Shown piece by piece: positions 9,177 through 17,861 of a DNA stretch of 64,000 bases (position 1 is its first letter; each line of letters starts with the position of its first letter). This DNA comes from Candidatus Eiseniibacteriota bacterium (GTDB lineage Bacteria; Eisenbacteria; RBG-16-71-46). Made by a program: the position numbers and the translations under genes. The stretch lies in contig JBBRLX010000017.1 in the NCBI GenBank assembly GCA_038231135.1, positions 1 through 64,000 of the forward strand. Direction: 5' to 3'. The notes under the pieces are model-generated. The model had not been told where the DNA came from. It worked only from the letters and a program-made list of their open reading frames with translations, and searched no databases.

Positions 9177-10070
9177 TCACCACCAATGAAGTGAGTAGAG
9201 GCTCCGCGCATCCTCCTGGTCGCCGGCCGAGGAGAAGACGAAGGTTGGGTTGGTTGTGGCCTCGTGACAGAAGCCTTCCCAGTTGAGGCGGCCGCTCGTG
9301 TTGCTGTAGTAGCGCTCGAAACGAAAGACCAGCCAATCGCGCAGGGTGGTGCGCCGCTCAGGCTCGGATAGGTGGGGTCTCGGGTCGCAAATCGACACAT
9401 TGACTCGCTTCTTCCACTTCCGGAACTCCACGGGCAGGACCTCCCGGCTGAGAAGCGCCTTTGCAGCAGCCCGCCCAAGGTGATCACTCTTCACTCTTCC
9501 TCGCGTGAACCGCTCAGCGATTCCCTGGATCACGACCGCCGCGATGATTGGCCCCAGGTTCGGGATGCGCCCCCGTCGCACCTTGACGGCGCTCCGCAGC
9601 CTGGCCGGGGCCGCTGCCGTCCCGGGCCGAGAACCTCGGGCCATTCCCATGAGCAACAATGCCGACGGAACGGTAAACGCCCCATAGGAAACTAGGAAGC
9701 GACGGCGCTTCAACTCACGCCGAAGGGCCCGGCCGGCGACCTCTTCCACGAGGATGGCGTGATTCGGGTCCGAACTGCCCCTTAGCAGCGCGTTTCTGAT
9801 CTTCGCTAGCTCCGCCTCGACGTCAGCATCTGTTGCCGGTCGTGCCCGGAGCAGCCACTCGGCGCCGAGCACCGCCCAAAGAACCATCTCTGGGTCCAGG
9901 CCTAGGCGGTGGCCGTCATGCAGAAGGGCGACCATTTTCTCTTGGTCTATCTCGAGGCCCCCCTTCCACTGACCGGCGACCTCCGAGCGCCAAGCGCGGA
10001 CCAGCCGAGTCGCGTCCGCCACCCTGGACACCAGGGGGGAGGTTTCGGGGACTTCCGCCGAAGAATCCAC
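9177..10070 (-). CDS. Hypothetical protein, divergent from the xis/primase operon
   Basis: 297-aa ORF with protein-like composition and AGGAG upstream of GTG. Confidence 0.55.
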   Translation of the reverse strand: MDSSAEVPETSPLVSRVADATRLVRAWRSEVAGQWKGGLEIDQEKMVALLHDGHRLGLDPEMVLWAVLGAEWLLRARPATDADVEAELAKIRNALLRGSSDPNHAILVEEVAGRALRRELKRRRFLVSYGAFTVPSALLLMGMARGSRPGTAAAPARLRSAVKVRRGRIPNLGPIIAAVVIQGIAERFTRGRVKSDHLGRAAAKALLSREVLPVEFRKWKKRVNVSICDPRPHLSEPERRTTLRDWLVFRFERYYSNTSGRLNWEGFCHEATTNPTFVFSSAGDQEDARSLYSLHWW

Positions 10071-10158
10071 TCCTAGTCTCTCCTAATCCCAGTAGACAAG
10101 GCAACGCGCGCGTAGCCGAGGAAGGATACGCCTCACGCGGCACAGGAGAAACCCACCA

Positions 10159-10362
10159 ATGGATAGGCTGTTTTCAGTCCAAGAGGCCGCTGAGCGCCTC
10201 GGAGTGAGCTTCTGGACGGTGTATCGCATGGCGCGAAGCGGGCAACTCGCCAGCGTGCGCATCGGCCGGCGCCGGTTATTTGCGGTGGCGGACCTCGAGG
10301 AGCTGGTTCGGACGACTCGCCGAGCGGCAACGATGCCGGAACAGTCCGCGACTCAGGAATAG
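10159..10362 (+). CDS. Excisionase-family HTH DNA-binding protein
   Basis: FSVQEAAERLGVSFWTVYRMARSGQLASVRIGRRRL pattern; AGGAG RBS. Confidence 0.85.
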   Translation: MDRLFSVQEAAERLGVSFWTVYRMARSGQLASVRIGRRRLFAVADLEELVRTTRRAATMPEQSATQE

Positions 10363-10454
10363 ACGGCTAGCCCGTTATTCGGGCATCGCGATGTCAGTGG
10401 AGACCGCAATTCAGTGCGACCGAGGGGCCGAGATCCGAGCCCAGCAGCTAGCTC

Positions 10455-10544
10455 TTGGAATAGCGAGTTTCCAAAGGGCCCCGCGCTCGGGGGTGAAACG
10501 GAAACAATTCATTTGTTGATCGTGGAAACGGCTATTTCCACGAT
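10455..10544. promoter_or_regulatory. Two TGGAA-N8-TTCCA palindromes (candidate operators)
   Basis: TTGGAAtagcgagtTTCCAA at 10455-10474 and ATCGTGGAAAcggctaTTTCCACGAT at 10519-10544. Confidence 0.5.
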
Positions 10545-10564
10545 TGAGAGAGGAGCGGCGCCAT

Positions 10565-10885
10565 ATGCGGCGAGATGTGCAGAGGCGGCGAAAAATCCTG
10601 GAGTTGATTGCCGGACGATCAAGAGAGCGACGGACCACCTCATTTCGCACGCTGGTGCGAGAACTGAGTGTGTCCGAGGAATCCGCCTGCGAATACCTCA
10701 AGCGGCTGTGGAGGGAGCGCTTGCTCAAGAGTCCGGATCGCCGCGCCGGTTTCAACTTCCGCCTTGAGGCCGGCGAGAGCCTCCGGGACCTGCGGTTCAC
10801 GATTCACAAGCGGGGCCTTATGCGCCTCAAGTGGTGGAAGGTCGAGGAGGAACAGGACAACGAGGAGGAGGGGTTCTTCTCGTGA
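10565..10885 (+). CDS. Small basic protein, possible winged-helix DNA-binding protein
   Basis: GAGAGGAG RBS before ATG; ILELIA...FRTLVRELSVSEESACEYLKRLWRERLL is helix-turn-helix-like. Confidence 0.55.
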   Translation: MRRDVQRRRKILELIAGRSRERRTTSFRTLVRELSVSEESACEYLKRLWRERLLKSPDRRAGFNFRLEAGESLRDLRFTIHKRGLMRLKWWKVEEEQDNEEEGFFS

Positions 10886-10910
10886 CCTCTTCCCGTCTCG
10901 AAGGTCGCCC

Positions 10911-13418
10911 GTGAACGCACCGAAGTCCGTCCACGAGGCCCAAGCTCGCGGCTGGGCCTGCGTTCCGGTGCGGGGCAACAAGCACCCGTTCTTCCCTTGG
11001 AAGCGGTACCAGGGGGAGGTCCCGCGAAGCGAACAGCTGGACGAATGGGCGGAGGAGTATCGGCCCGAAGCCTGGGCGGTGGTTACGGGTTCCGTCAGTA
11101 GTCTCGTGGTGCTCGACTTCGATGGGGAGAAGGGTCGAAGCCTCCTGGAGCAACTCGGCCTCAACCCCCACGTCCGCACCCCGAGCGGCGGCTTCCACTG
11201 GTACGGGGTCCACGATGGCCGAGCCATCCGTACGCGGAACGGGAAGGCCGCGCGTGAGCTTCGAGAGCAATACCCTGGCCTGGACGTCCGGGCAGACGGA
11301 GGCTACGCGGTCTTTTTCGGGCGCGTTGTCACCGGGGAGTACAAGTCGCTTCGGTCCCCTGGGCCCGACCGGCTTGAAATCCTCCCCGCATCGCTCCGGG
11401 AGTTCTTGGTCGGACCCGCGCGAAAGCCGAAGGCTCATGAGAGGCAGCCCGTGAATTCAACGGACGATCTTCTCCGGAAGGCCCTCGAGCGTGCGGAGTG
11501 GGACGGCCGCAATAATTCGGGATTCCGGTTTGCCTGCCAGATGCGGGACACCAACATGTCTTTCTCCGATGCGCGGGACAACATGCTCGCATTCCAGGCG
11601 CGCGGCCATGCAACCAATCAGAAGGAAGTTGCCGAGCCGTATACCGAGTCTGAGGCCATCGCATCGCTCGAGCAGGCCTACGGTCGGGCACCCTGCGAGC
11701 CGAAGCTGACGAGGGCCGAGTTGCCGTTGACCGACTACGGCAACGCCCAGCGTCTGACCCGCGGACATGGTGTGGACCTCCGTTACTCGCATGCGTGGGG
11801 GGCTTGGCTCACCTGGGACGGACGTCGTTGGCAGCGCGACGCAACGAACGAAGCCATGCGGCGCGCGAAGGCGACGGTCAGAGCGATCTACGAAGAGGCG
11901 GCCAACGAGCCCGACGTCGACACGCGCAAGGCGGTTGCCAACCATGCTCGAAAATCGGAGGCCGAGCCACGCCTCAGACACATGGTGGAGCTGGCGAAGA
12001 GCGAGCCGGGGATTCCCGTCACACCCGAAGAGTTCGACTCCGACCCGTGGCTTCTAACGTGTCTGAACGGCACCGTTGAGTTGAGAACCGGCCGGATCCG
12101 CGAGCACCGCCGCGACGACCTCATCACAAAACTTTCGCCAACCGAATTCGAGTCCGAAGCAACGGATGAGGATTGGGAGCGCGTCCTCTCGGAAGCTTGC
12201 GGGGGAAGCCCCGATCTCATCGCGTTTCTGGCCCGGGCGCTGGGCTACTCCATTACCGGCGACACCAGCGAGGAAAAGCTCTTCTTCATTCATGGGCCGG
12301 CCGCCAGCGGAAAGTCGACGGTCATCGAGGCCGTCAAGGCGGCTCTCGGCGACTATGCAGTTACGACCGACTTCGAGACGTTTCTGAAACGCAACCAGGT
12401 CGGATGCCCACGGAACGACCTCGCCCGGTTGGCAGGTGCACGGCTAGTTACCTCGCTGGAGGTCGAACACGGTAAGCGGCTGGCCGATGGGCTCGTCAAA
12501 CAACTGACCGGCGGCGACACAGTCACCGCACGCTTCCTGCACCGCGAGTTCTTCGAGTTCAGGCCACAGATGAAGCTGTGGCTCGCGGCGAATCACGCCC
12601 CGAAGGTTCAGGCAGATGACGAGGCGATGTGGCGCCGGATTGTGCGGATCCCCTTCGATCACGTCATCCCGGAACAGCAGCGAGACCCGGGGCTGAAGTT
12701 GAAGCTCCGAAACCCAGGTGCGGCGCGCCGCGCGATTCTGGGCTGGCTGGTCAAGGGATGCTTGGCCTGGCAGGAGGAAGGGTTGTCCGTCCCTCCAATG
12801 GTCAAGCAAGCGACTGCTGCTTACCGGGATGAGATGGATCCCCTGCAGGACTTCTTCGGGGAATACTGCATTCTCGAGCCGGGTGCGACGACTCCATCCG
12901 CCTCCCTGTGGACCGCATACCAAAGCTGGGCCAAGGATGCAGGAGAGCGATGGCCGCTCAATCGGAAGAGGTTCGCGGACGCACTAATAGCGCACGAACT
13001 TGTGGACACAAAATTTCGCGGACAACGGGCCTGGCGCGGAATTCGGCTCGGGGACCCGCAAGGTCGAGGCGACGAGGGGTCCAAGATCGAACCGCATGCC
13101 GTCCCTGTGACGCCGGGCAGGACGCATGGGACGGATCGGGACGCGACTTCTACCCATTCTCCCTCTTCGATTCCTGCTCGTGAGGAGAACCTCGAAACTC
13201 ACGTCCCGTTCCGTCCTGTGTCCGCGGCCCAGCTTCCTGACCTCGCCGAATGGGACAAGGTTATGAATCCACGGCTCGAAGAAGGATCCGGCACCGAGGA
13301 ATGCCAGGCGGATTCGAATGCGACCCCGCCCAATCGTGCCGAAAGGCCCGAGGCAGGATTGGAGGCTGATTCAGGGGACTTCGGACCAGGCGAGGAGAAG
13401 GGAGGGTCCAGCCAGTGA
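10911..13418 (+). CDS. Prim-Pol primase fused to a P4/D5-type SF3 helicase (replication protein)
   Basis: LVVLDFDG, RTPSGGFHWY, GLDVRADGGY (Prim-Pol); LTDYGNAQR, WDGRRW (D5_N); GPAASGKST Walker A, VKQLTGGD, AANHAP. Confidence 0.9.
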   Translation: MNAPKSVHEAQARGWACVPVRGNKHPFFPWKRYQGEVPRSEQLDEWAEEYRPEAWAVVTGSVSSLVVLDFDGEKGRSLLEQLGLNPHVRTPSGGFHWYGVHDGRAIRTRNGKAARELREQYPGLDVRADGGYAVFFGRVVTGEYKSLRSPGPDRLEILPASLREFLVGPARKPKAHERQPVNSTDDLLRKALERAEWDGRNNSGFRFACQMRDTNMSFSDARDNMLAFQARGHATNQKEVAEPYTESEAIASLEQAYGRAPCEPKLTRAELPLTDYGNAQRLTRGHGVDLRYSHAWGAWLTWDGRRWQRDATNEAMRRAKATVRAIYEEAANEPDVDTRKAVANHARKSEAEPRLRHMVELAKSEPGIPVTPEEFDSDPWLLTCLNGTVELRTGRIREHRRDDLITKLSPTEFESEATDEDWERVLSEACGGSPDLIAFLARALGYSITGDTSEEKLFFIHGPAASGKSTVIEAVKAALGDYAVTTDFETFLKRNQVGCPRNDLARLAGARLVTSLEVEHGKRLADGLVKQLTGGDTVTARFLHREFFEFRPQMKLWLAANHAPKVQADDEAMWRRIVRIPFDHVIPEQQRDPGLKLKLRNPGAARRAILGWLVKGCLAWQEEGLSVPPMVKQATAAYRDEMDPLQDFFGEYCILEPGATTPSASLWTAYQSWAKDAGERWPLNRKRFADALIAHELVDTKFRGQRAWRGIRLGDPQGRGDEGSKIEPHAVPVTPGRTHGTDRDATSTHSPSSIPAREENLETHVPFRPVSAAQLPDLAEWDKVMNPRLEEGSGTEECQADSNATPPNRAERPEAGLEADSGDFGPGEEKGGSSQ

Positions 13419-14035
13419 AAGTGGCCCTCTATCTTCGAGTCTCCACCATCGACCAGGACCCCGAGTCCCAAGGCCGTGAGGTGCGGCAATTCGTCGCGGC
13501 GCATGGCTGGGAAACAATCGAGACCTATCAGGACGTCGGCGTTTCGGGTGCTCGTGCCCGCCGTCCCGCGCTCGATCAACTCATCAAGGACGCCTGGCAC
13601 GGGCGTTTCGAGGCCGTGGTGGTCTGGGATCTGTCTCGGATGGCGCGAAGCACGCTCAATGCGCTCCAACTGCTCCAGGAGTTCGAGCAGATGAACGTCC
13701 GGCTGATTGCCGTGAAACAGACCTTCGACACCAATACGCCACTCGGGCGCGCGTTCTTCACCCTGGCCGCGATGTTCGCCGAGCTTGAGCGCTCCATCCT
13801 GATTGAACGCGTCCGCGCCGGCATGGCGCGCGCGAAGGCGGAGGGTAAGCGTATCGGGCGCCCGGTACGCCGCGTGGACCTCGAGCAGCTGCGCCGGCTC
13901 CGCGCCGAGGGTCTTTCGATTCGCCAGATTGCCCGTCGCATGGGGACACCCAGCTCCACGGTCGCGAAACGCCTGCAGCTGCTCGCGCCCTCGATCGCGG
14001 GCCCTGCGACAAGCGGGGGTGGCGATGGAGCCTGA
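13415..14035 (+). CDS. Small serine recombinase (resolvase/invertase) with C-terminal HTH
   Basis: YLRVST catalytic Ser, D.GVSGA, LSRMARS, ERVRAG...GRP. Confidence 0.9.
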   Translation: MKVALYLRVSTIDQDPESQGREVRQFVAAHGWETIETYQDVGVSGARARRPALDQLIKDAWHGRFEAVVVWDLSRMARSTLNALQLLQEFEQMNVRLIAVKQTFDTNTPLGRAFFTLAAMFAELERSILIERVRAGMARAKAEGKRIGRPVRRVDLEQLRRLRAEGLSIRQIARRMGTPSSTVAKRLQLLAPSIAGPATSGGGDGA

Positions 14036-14231
14036 GCTCCGCGCCGCGATCAGCCCTCTCGAGCAGTTCCTGACTCTTCGCGAAGTCGCGGCGCTGCTCC
14101 GGATGGACGAGCGCACCATCCGGCGCTGGACCGTCTCGAAAGGGTTTCCTTGCGTGCGATTGGGGACACGCCTACGGTTCTGCCAGCGCGATGTCCTTCG
14201 ATGGGTTTCGGCGAGGAAGGAGGGCCGGTAG
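14025..14231 (+). CDS. Excisionase-family HTH protein
   Basis: LTLREVAALLRMDERTIRRW...FPCVRLG...RF; directly upstream of int. Confidence 0.8.
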   Translation: MEPELRAAISPLEQFLTLREVAALLRMDERTIRRWTVSKGFPCVRLGTRLRFCQRDVLRWVSARKEGR

Positions 14232-15233
14232 TTGCCGAAGCTCTTGAAGGGAATGTTTAAGCGCGGCAGAAGCTTCTATTACCGCGTGCGAGATAATTAT
14301 GGCGATCGGTGGATTTCCCTGGGGCCCGATTATGACGAGGCCTGCCGGCGCCTGCGGGAACTGCGTCGGGGGAGTATTCCGGTAAGTCGGGAAACCGTGG
14401 AAGACGCTGCGGGAAAATGGCTGGAGGGTTACGTGGCGACGGCGCGAAACGAGAAAGGAGTGGAATTGGCGCGTCAGCGCGTGCGCATGTATTTGGTGCC
14501 GTTTTTCAAGTACCGGCCACTGGCGGCAGTCACCACGGAAAATGTCCGACAGTACCGGCTATTTCTGGAGCGACAACGAATCTCCATTCAAACCGTCGCT
14601 CATCTCCTGTCCGATGCCCGATGTTTTTTCAATTGGTGCGAGGCGGAGGGGTTAATCACAAAATCGCCCGCACCGAGGAAATTGCTTCCGCGGATTCAGG
14701 AAAGGCCTCCGGACCGGCTAACGAATGAGGAAGTGGCCGCAGTGCTCAAAATCCCCGAACCATACCGCTTCGTGATTCAGTTCGGCCTCGAGACCGGTTT
14801 GCGGTGGGGCGAGCTGACGCGCGCCCTAAGCAGAGACGTTCACGACGGGGTGCTCGTGGTAAGCCGGACCAAGTCGGGGAAGCTGCGGCGGGTGCCGCTG
14901 TCACCCGAGATGTGTAAGGAGCTGAGACTGCGGGTCGGTCGTCTCGTGCCGATGCGGGACTCCACCGGGTTCACGCGCCAGGTGCGGCGGTATTCGGGCG
15001 TGAAGCGGTTTCATCCTCACCAGCTCCGTCACACCTTCGCCTGCCGCTGGATCGAAAATGGTGGAAACCTCGCTGCGCTGCAGGTCGTGCTCGGTCATTC
15101 CTCGATCGTGACCACGCAACGGTATGCGAGGCTCACCGACGACCACGTCCGAGCGGAGGCCGAGCGCGTTTTCGCGAAAGCGGGAAATTCGGTAGCAATT
15201 TCGGTAGCAACCGCTCCAGCAGACCTTGCGTGA
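14232..15233 (+). CDS. Tyrosine integrase of element B (intact)
   Basis: N-terminal beta-rich arm-binding-like segment; TGLRWGEL, TKSGK, HQLRH, LGHSS, TTQRY. Confidence 0.92.
   Translation: MPKLLKGMFKRGRSFYYRVRDNYGDRWISLGPDYDEACRRLRELRRGSIPVSRETVEDAAGKWLEGYVATARNEKGVELARQRVRMYLVPFFKYRPLAAVTTENVRQYRLFLERQRISIQTVAHLLSDARCFFNWCEAEGLITKSPAPRKLLPRIQERPPDRLTNEEVAAVLKIPEPYRFVIQFGLETGLRWGELTRALSRDVHDGVLVVSRTKSGKLRRVPLSPEMCKELRLRVGRLVPMRDSTGFTRQVRRYSGVKRFHPHQLRHTFACRWIENGGNLAALQVVLGHSSIVTTQRYARLTDDHVRAEAERVFAKAGNSVAISVATAPADLA
15189..15210 (+). repeat. Right-end arm-type repeats of element B (TCGGTAGCAA x2, 12-bp period), inside the int 3' end
   Basis: Exact 10-mers at 15189-15198 and 15201-15210. 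Confidence 0.75.
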
Positions 15234-15256
15234 AATGGCGTAAGTCGTTATAAGCT
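15226..15256 (+). promoter_or_regulatory. Candidate element-borne promoter for tRNA-Ser(CGA)
   Basis: TTGCGT-N17-TATAAG (or TAAGCT 2 nt later) ending just before the tRNA. Confidence 0.45.
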
Positions 15257-15262
15257 CTCAGC

Positions 15263-15352
15263 GGAGAGGTGCGAGAGCGGCTGAATCGGGCGGTCTCGAA
15301 AACCGTTAAGGGCGCAAGCCCTTCGAGGGTTCGAATCCCTCCCTCTCCGCCA
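15263..15352 (+). tRNA. tRNA-Ser(CGA)
   Basis: GGAGAGG/CCTCTCC acceptor stem, CTCGAAA anticodon loop, long variable arm, GGTTCGAATCC, GCCA end. Confidence 0.97.
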
Positions 15353-15388
15353 GCTTCGCCGACGCCACCGAAGCACGGCCTGATTGTC

Positions 15389-15426
15389 AGAAACCCGCCG
15401 CGGATGCACGCCCCCGGCGGGTTTCT
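15389..15426 (+). terminator. Terminator-like hairpin after the tRNA
   Basis: AGAAACCCGCCG/CGGCGGGTTTCT stem. Confidence 0.6.
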
Positions 15427-15473
15427 CAATATTGCCAGTCATCGACATCGGCAGGGCGCTTCGCCAGCGCCGC

Positions 15474-15869
15474 CTATCCCCCCGCCACGCACAGAATATT
15501 CCCATCCGGATCCTTGAACCACGCGGCGTGCATGCACCGCGACACGTGGACGTCACCTTCGAGCTTCGTGTTCGGCATGTCATAGTGCTCGAACGTGACC
15601 CCTTTGTCCTTCAGCGCGTGCACGATGGGACCGATCTCGTCGGCGCCCACCACCCACGTTGCCGACGTGGCCTTGTTCGTTCCGCCGTTCGGTGACTCGT
15701 AGACGACCATGACGGAATTCCCGCACTGGTAGTTGGCCACCGAGGGCTCGCCGTTTCCCTTCGGGGTCAGGCCGAGTGTGCCCTCGTAGAACGTCTTCGC
15801 GGTGGCGAGATTCTTGACCGCTATGGTCGCCGAAACGTCCTTGGTTCCCAGCAGCATCGTTCCCAGCAT
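15474..15869 (-). CDS. VOC/glyoxalase family protein
   Basis: IAVKNLATAKTFYEGTLGL ... AWFKDPDGNIL; GAGGAG RBS. Confidence 0.85.
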   Translation of the reverse strand: MLGTMLLGTKDVSATIAVKNLATAKTFYEGTLGLTPKGNGEPSVANYQCGNSVMVVYESPNGGTNKATSATWVVGADEIGPIVHALKDKGVTFEHYDMPNTKLEGDVHVSRCMHAAWFKDPDGNILCVAGG

Positions 15870-16105
15870 GTGCGGCTCCTCTCGTGAAGGGTGTCGCGGC
15901 CCGCGCAACCGGGGCCGGCAAGGTCTCATGTTCGATGGCAGCCGCGTTATTCCCGAGCCGAAGTTTTCGGATTACGTGCCCGTCAACTGCCCCCCGCAAC
16001 GCGCGTGTATCCGCGGCTGCGCGCCATGGTTGGACGACCCGATCGCAACGTGATACCCGTCTGCACTTCACCATTGCTGCCAGGCCGTCCATGGGAGCCC
16101 CTCCA

Positions 16106-16579
16106 ATGCGTTACATGTGTCAGCTCAAACGCATCGATCCCCAGCCGATGCTCAGCATCCGCGGCACCACTTCGATCGCCGATCTCCCGAAGACCATGGG
16201 GACGTTCCTCACCGAGGTCTGGACGTACATCGAGAAGCACGGCGGGCAGCCGGCGGGGCCGCCATTCACGCGCTATCACTCGACCGAGAACATCGAAGCG
16301 CTCGATCTCGAGGCGGGCCTGCCGGTGAGGCGGGCCATAAAGGGCGCGGGCCGCATCACGGCGGGATCGCTGCCGGGGGGCGAGGTGATCGTGACCGACC
16401 ACATCGGCACCTACGAAACGCTGCCCAAGGCGGGCCAGGCGCTGGCCAAGTGGTGCGACCTCCACGGCCGCACCCCGGCGGGGCCGAACTGGGAGGTCTA
16501 TTGGACCGGTCCCGGCGCCGGGAAGGATCCGTCCAAGGTGCGCACCGAGGTGATCAAGCCGCTCGCGCCGCAGAGCTGA
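16106..16579 (+). CDS. GyrI-like small-molecule-binding protein
   Basis: PAGPPFTRYH, LPGGEV...HIGTYETL, WEVYWT...RTEV. Confidence 0.8.
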   Translation: MRYMCQLKRIDPQPMLSIRGTTSIADLPKTMGTFLTEVWTYIEKHGGQPAGPPFTRYHSTENIEALDLEAGLPVRRAIKGAGRITAGSLPGGEVIVTDHIGTYETLPKAGQALAKWCDLHGRTPAGPNWEVYWTGPGAGKDPSKVRTEVIKPLAPQS

Positions 16580-16619
16580 CACATCGCTCCGCAGGAGCCA
16601 CGGCGGCCGAAGCGCGTTC

Positions 16620-17861
16620 CTACTCCAGCAGCGACTCCACCTGCGCTTCCAGGATCTCGTCGATGTTCTCCGCCACGCCGACGTTCAGGAATCGGATCCG
16701 GCCCTTGGCGTCGATCACGAACACGGTGGGGAACGCCTGCACGTTGAAGCCGGCCACGGCCGACTGTTCGGGGTCGATCACCACCGGGAACGTCAGGTTG
16801 TTCTGCGTCATGTAATCGCGCGCGAGCTGGGCGTGCTTCTCCTTCTCGCGCTCCCAGTTCACGCCGACGAACCGGACGCGGGCGTCGTCCCGGTGATGCT
16901 GGTAGAGCGCCTCGAACAACGGCAGCTCGCGCCGGCAGGGGCCGCACCACGATCCCCAGAAATCCATCACCACGATCTTGCCGGCGAGGCTCTTCGATTC
17001 GACGGTCTTGCCGTCGAGATCGACGAGGCTCCAGGCGGGTGCGGGGGTGTCCTGGCGGCGGGGCTCGAGCGCCACGTTCGTGCGCGATTCGTTGCGGGCG
17101 GTGGCGAGCCGCGCATCGAGGCCATTGGTCGTGTGGTAGCGTCGGATATAGAGCGCACGCAGTGCGCCGGCGCCGGTGGTGTCGTGAGCCGGGAACACGG
17201 TGATCGCCCGCACGTACGACGAGATCGCCCGGTCGAGATCACCCTTCTTCGCGTAGCTCTCGCCGACGTAGCGCAGCACGGACTGGCTGTCGGCGCTCAC
17301 GGGCAGGATCATGTTGAAGATCGCGATCGCGCTGTCGGGGTTGCCGAACTTCATCTGCACGAAGCCCAGGGCCTTGAACACGAACGCGCCGACCGGCGTG
17401 CCGGGATTGGGATCGGGACCCAGCTCGCGCATCCCGCGGCGGGCGTAGGCCAGCGACTTCTTGGGGTCGCCACCGCGGTCTGCCATCACCTGGGCGACCG
17501 AGGCGAAGAACGGGGCGCGCTGCTCGGGCTGCGGGCCGAGGTACGGCACGATGCTGTCGGCGGCGAGCGACACGGCGCGCATGGAGGCGTGGCTGTTGAT
17601 CAGCGCCCGTAGCAGCATCTGGCGCATCATGCTCGTGTACGACGAATCGGGCGCGGTCACGATCATCGAGCGGAGATTCGGGATCATGCGGGCGGCGGTG
17701 GCGGTGTCGGACACGGCCTGGTTCATCTGCATCAGGTCGTCGCGGCTCATTTCGGCCCTGGCGCGCGGCGCCAGCGTCGCGAGTGCCGCGACGGCGAGCG
17801 TTGCAGCCAGCACAGGGCGAATGAGCGGACGGCGGAATCGAGGGGTCGCGAGTGCGGACAT
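16620..17861 (-). CDS. Exported TPR + TlpA-like thioredoxin (redoxin) protein
   Basis: Signal peptide, helical repeats, DFWGSWCGPC, AFPTVFVID. Confidence 0.85.
   Translation of the reverse strand: MSALATPRFRRPLIRPVLAATLAVAALATLAPRARAEMSRDDLMQMNQAVSDTATAARMIPNLRSMIVTAPDSSYTSMMRQMLLRALINSHASMRAVSLAADSIVPYLGPQPEQRAPFFASVAQVMADRGGDPKKSLAYARRGMRELGPDPNPGTPVGAFVFKALGFVQMKFGNPDSAIAIFNMILPVSADSQSVLRYVGESYAKKGDLDRAISSYVRAITVFPAHDTTGAGALRALYIRRYHTTNGLDARLATARNESRTNVALEPRRQDTPAPAWSLVDLDGKTVESKSLAGKIVVMDFWGSWCGPCRRELPLFEALYQHHRDDARVRFVGVNWEREKEKHAQLARDYMTQNNLTFPVVIDPEQSAVAGFNVQAFPTVFVIDAKGRIRFLNVGVAENIDEILEAQVESLLE

Larger units (their letters stand above)
3256..15303 (+). mobile_element. Integrative element B (about 12.0 kb; satellite/IME-like) integrated at tRNA-Ser(CGA)
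   Basis: 45-bp direct repeats, matching TCGGTAGCA arm repeats at both ends, int/xis/serine recombinase/primase-helicase genes, cargo genes. Confidence 0.9.

Noticed and set aside
10668..10910. N-terminal 81 aa of the 916-aa primase ORF
   Set aside because: Overlaps the 10565-10885 gene; Prim-Pol homology begins after the GTG at 10911
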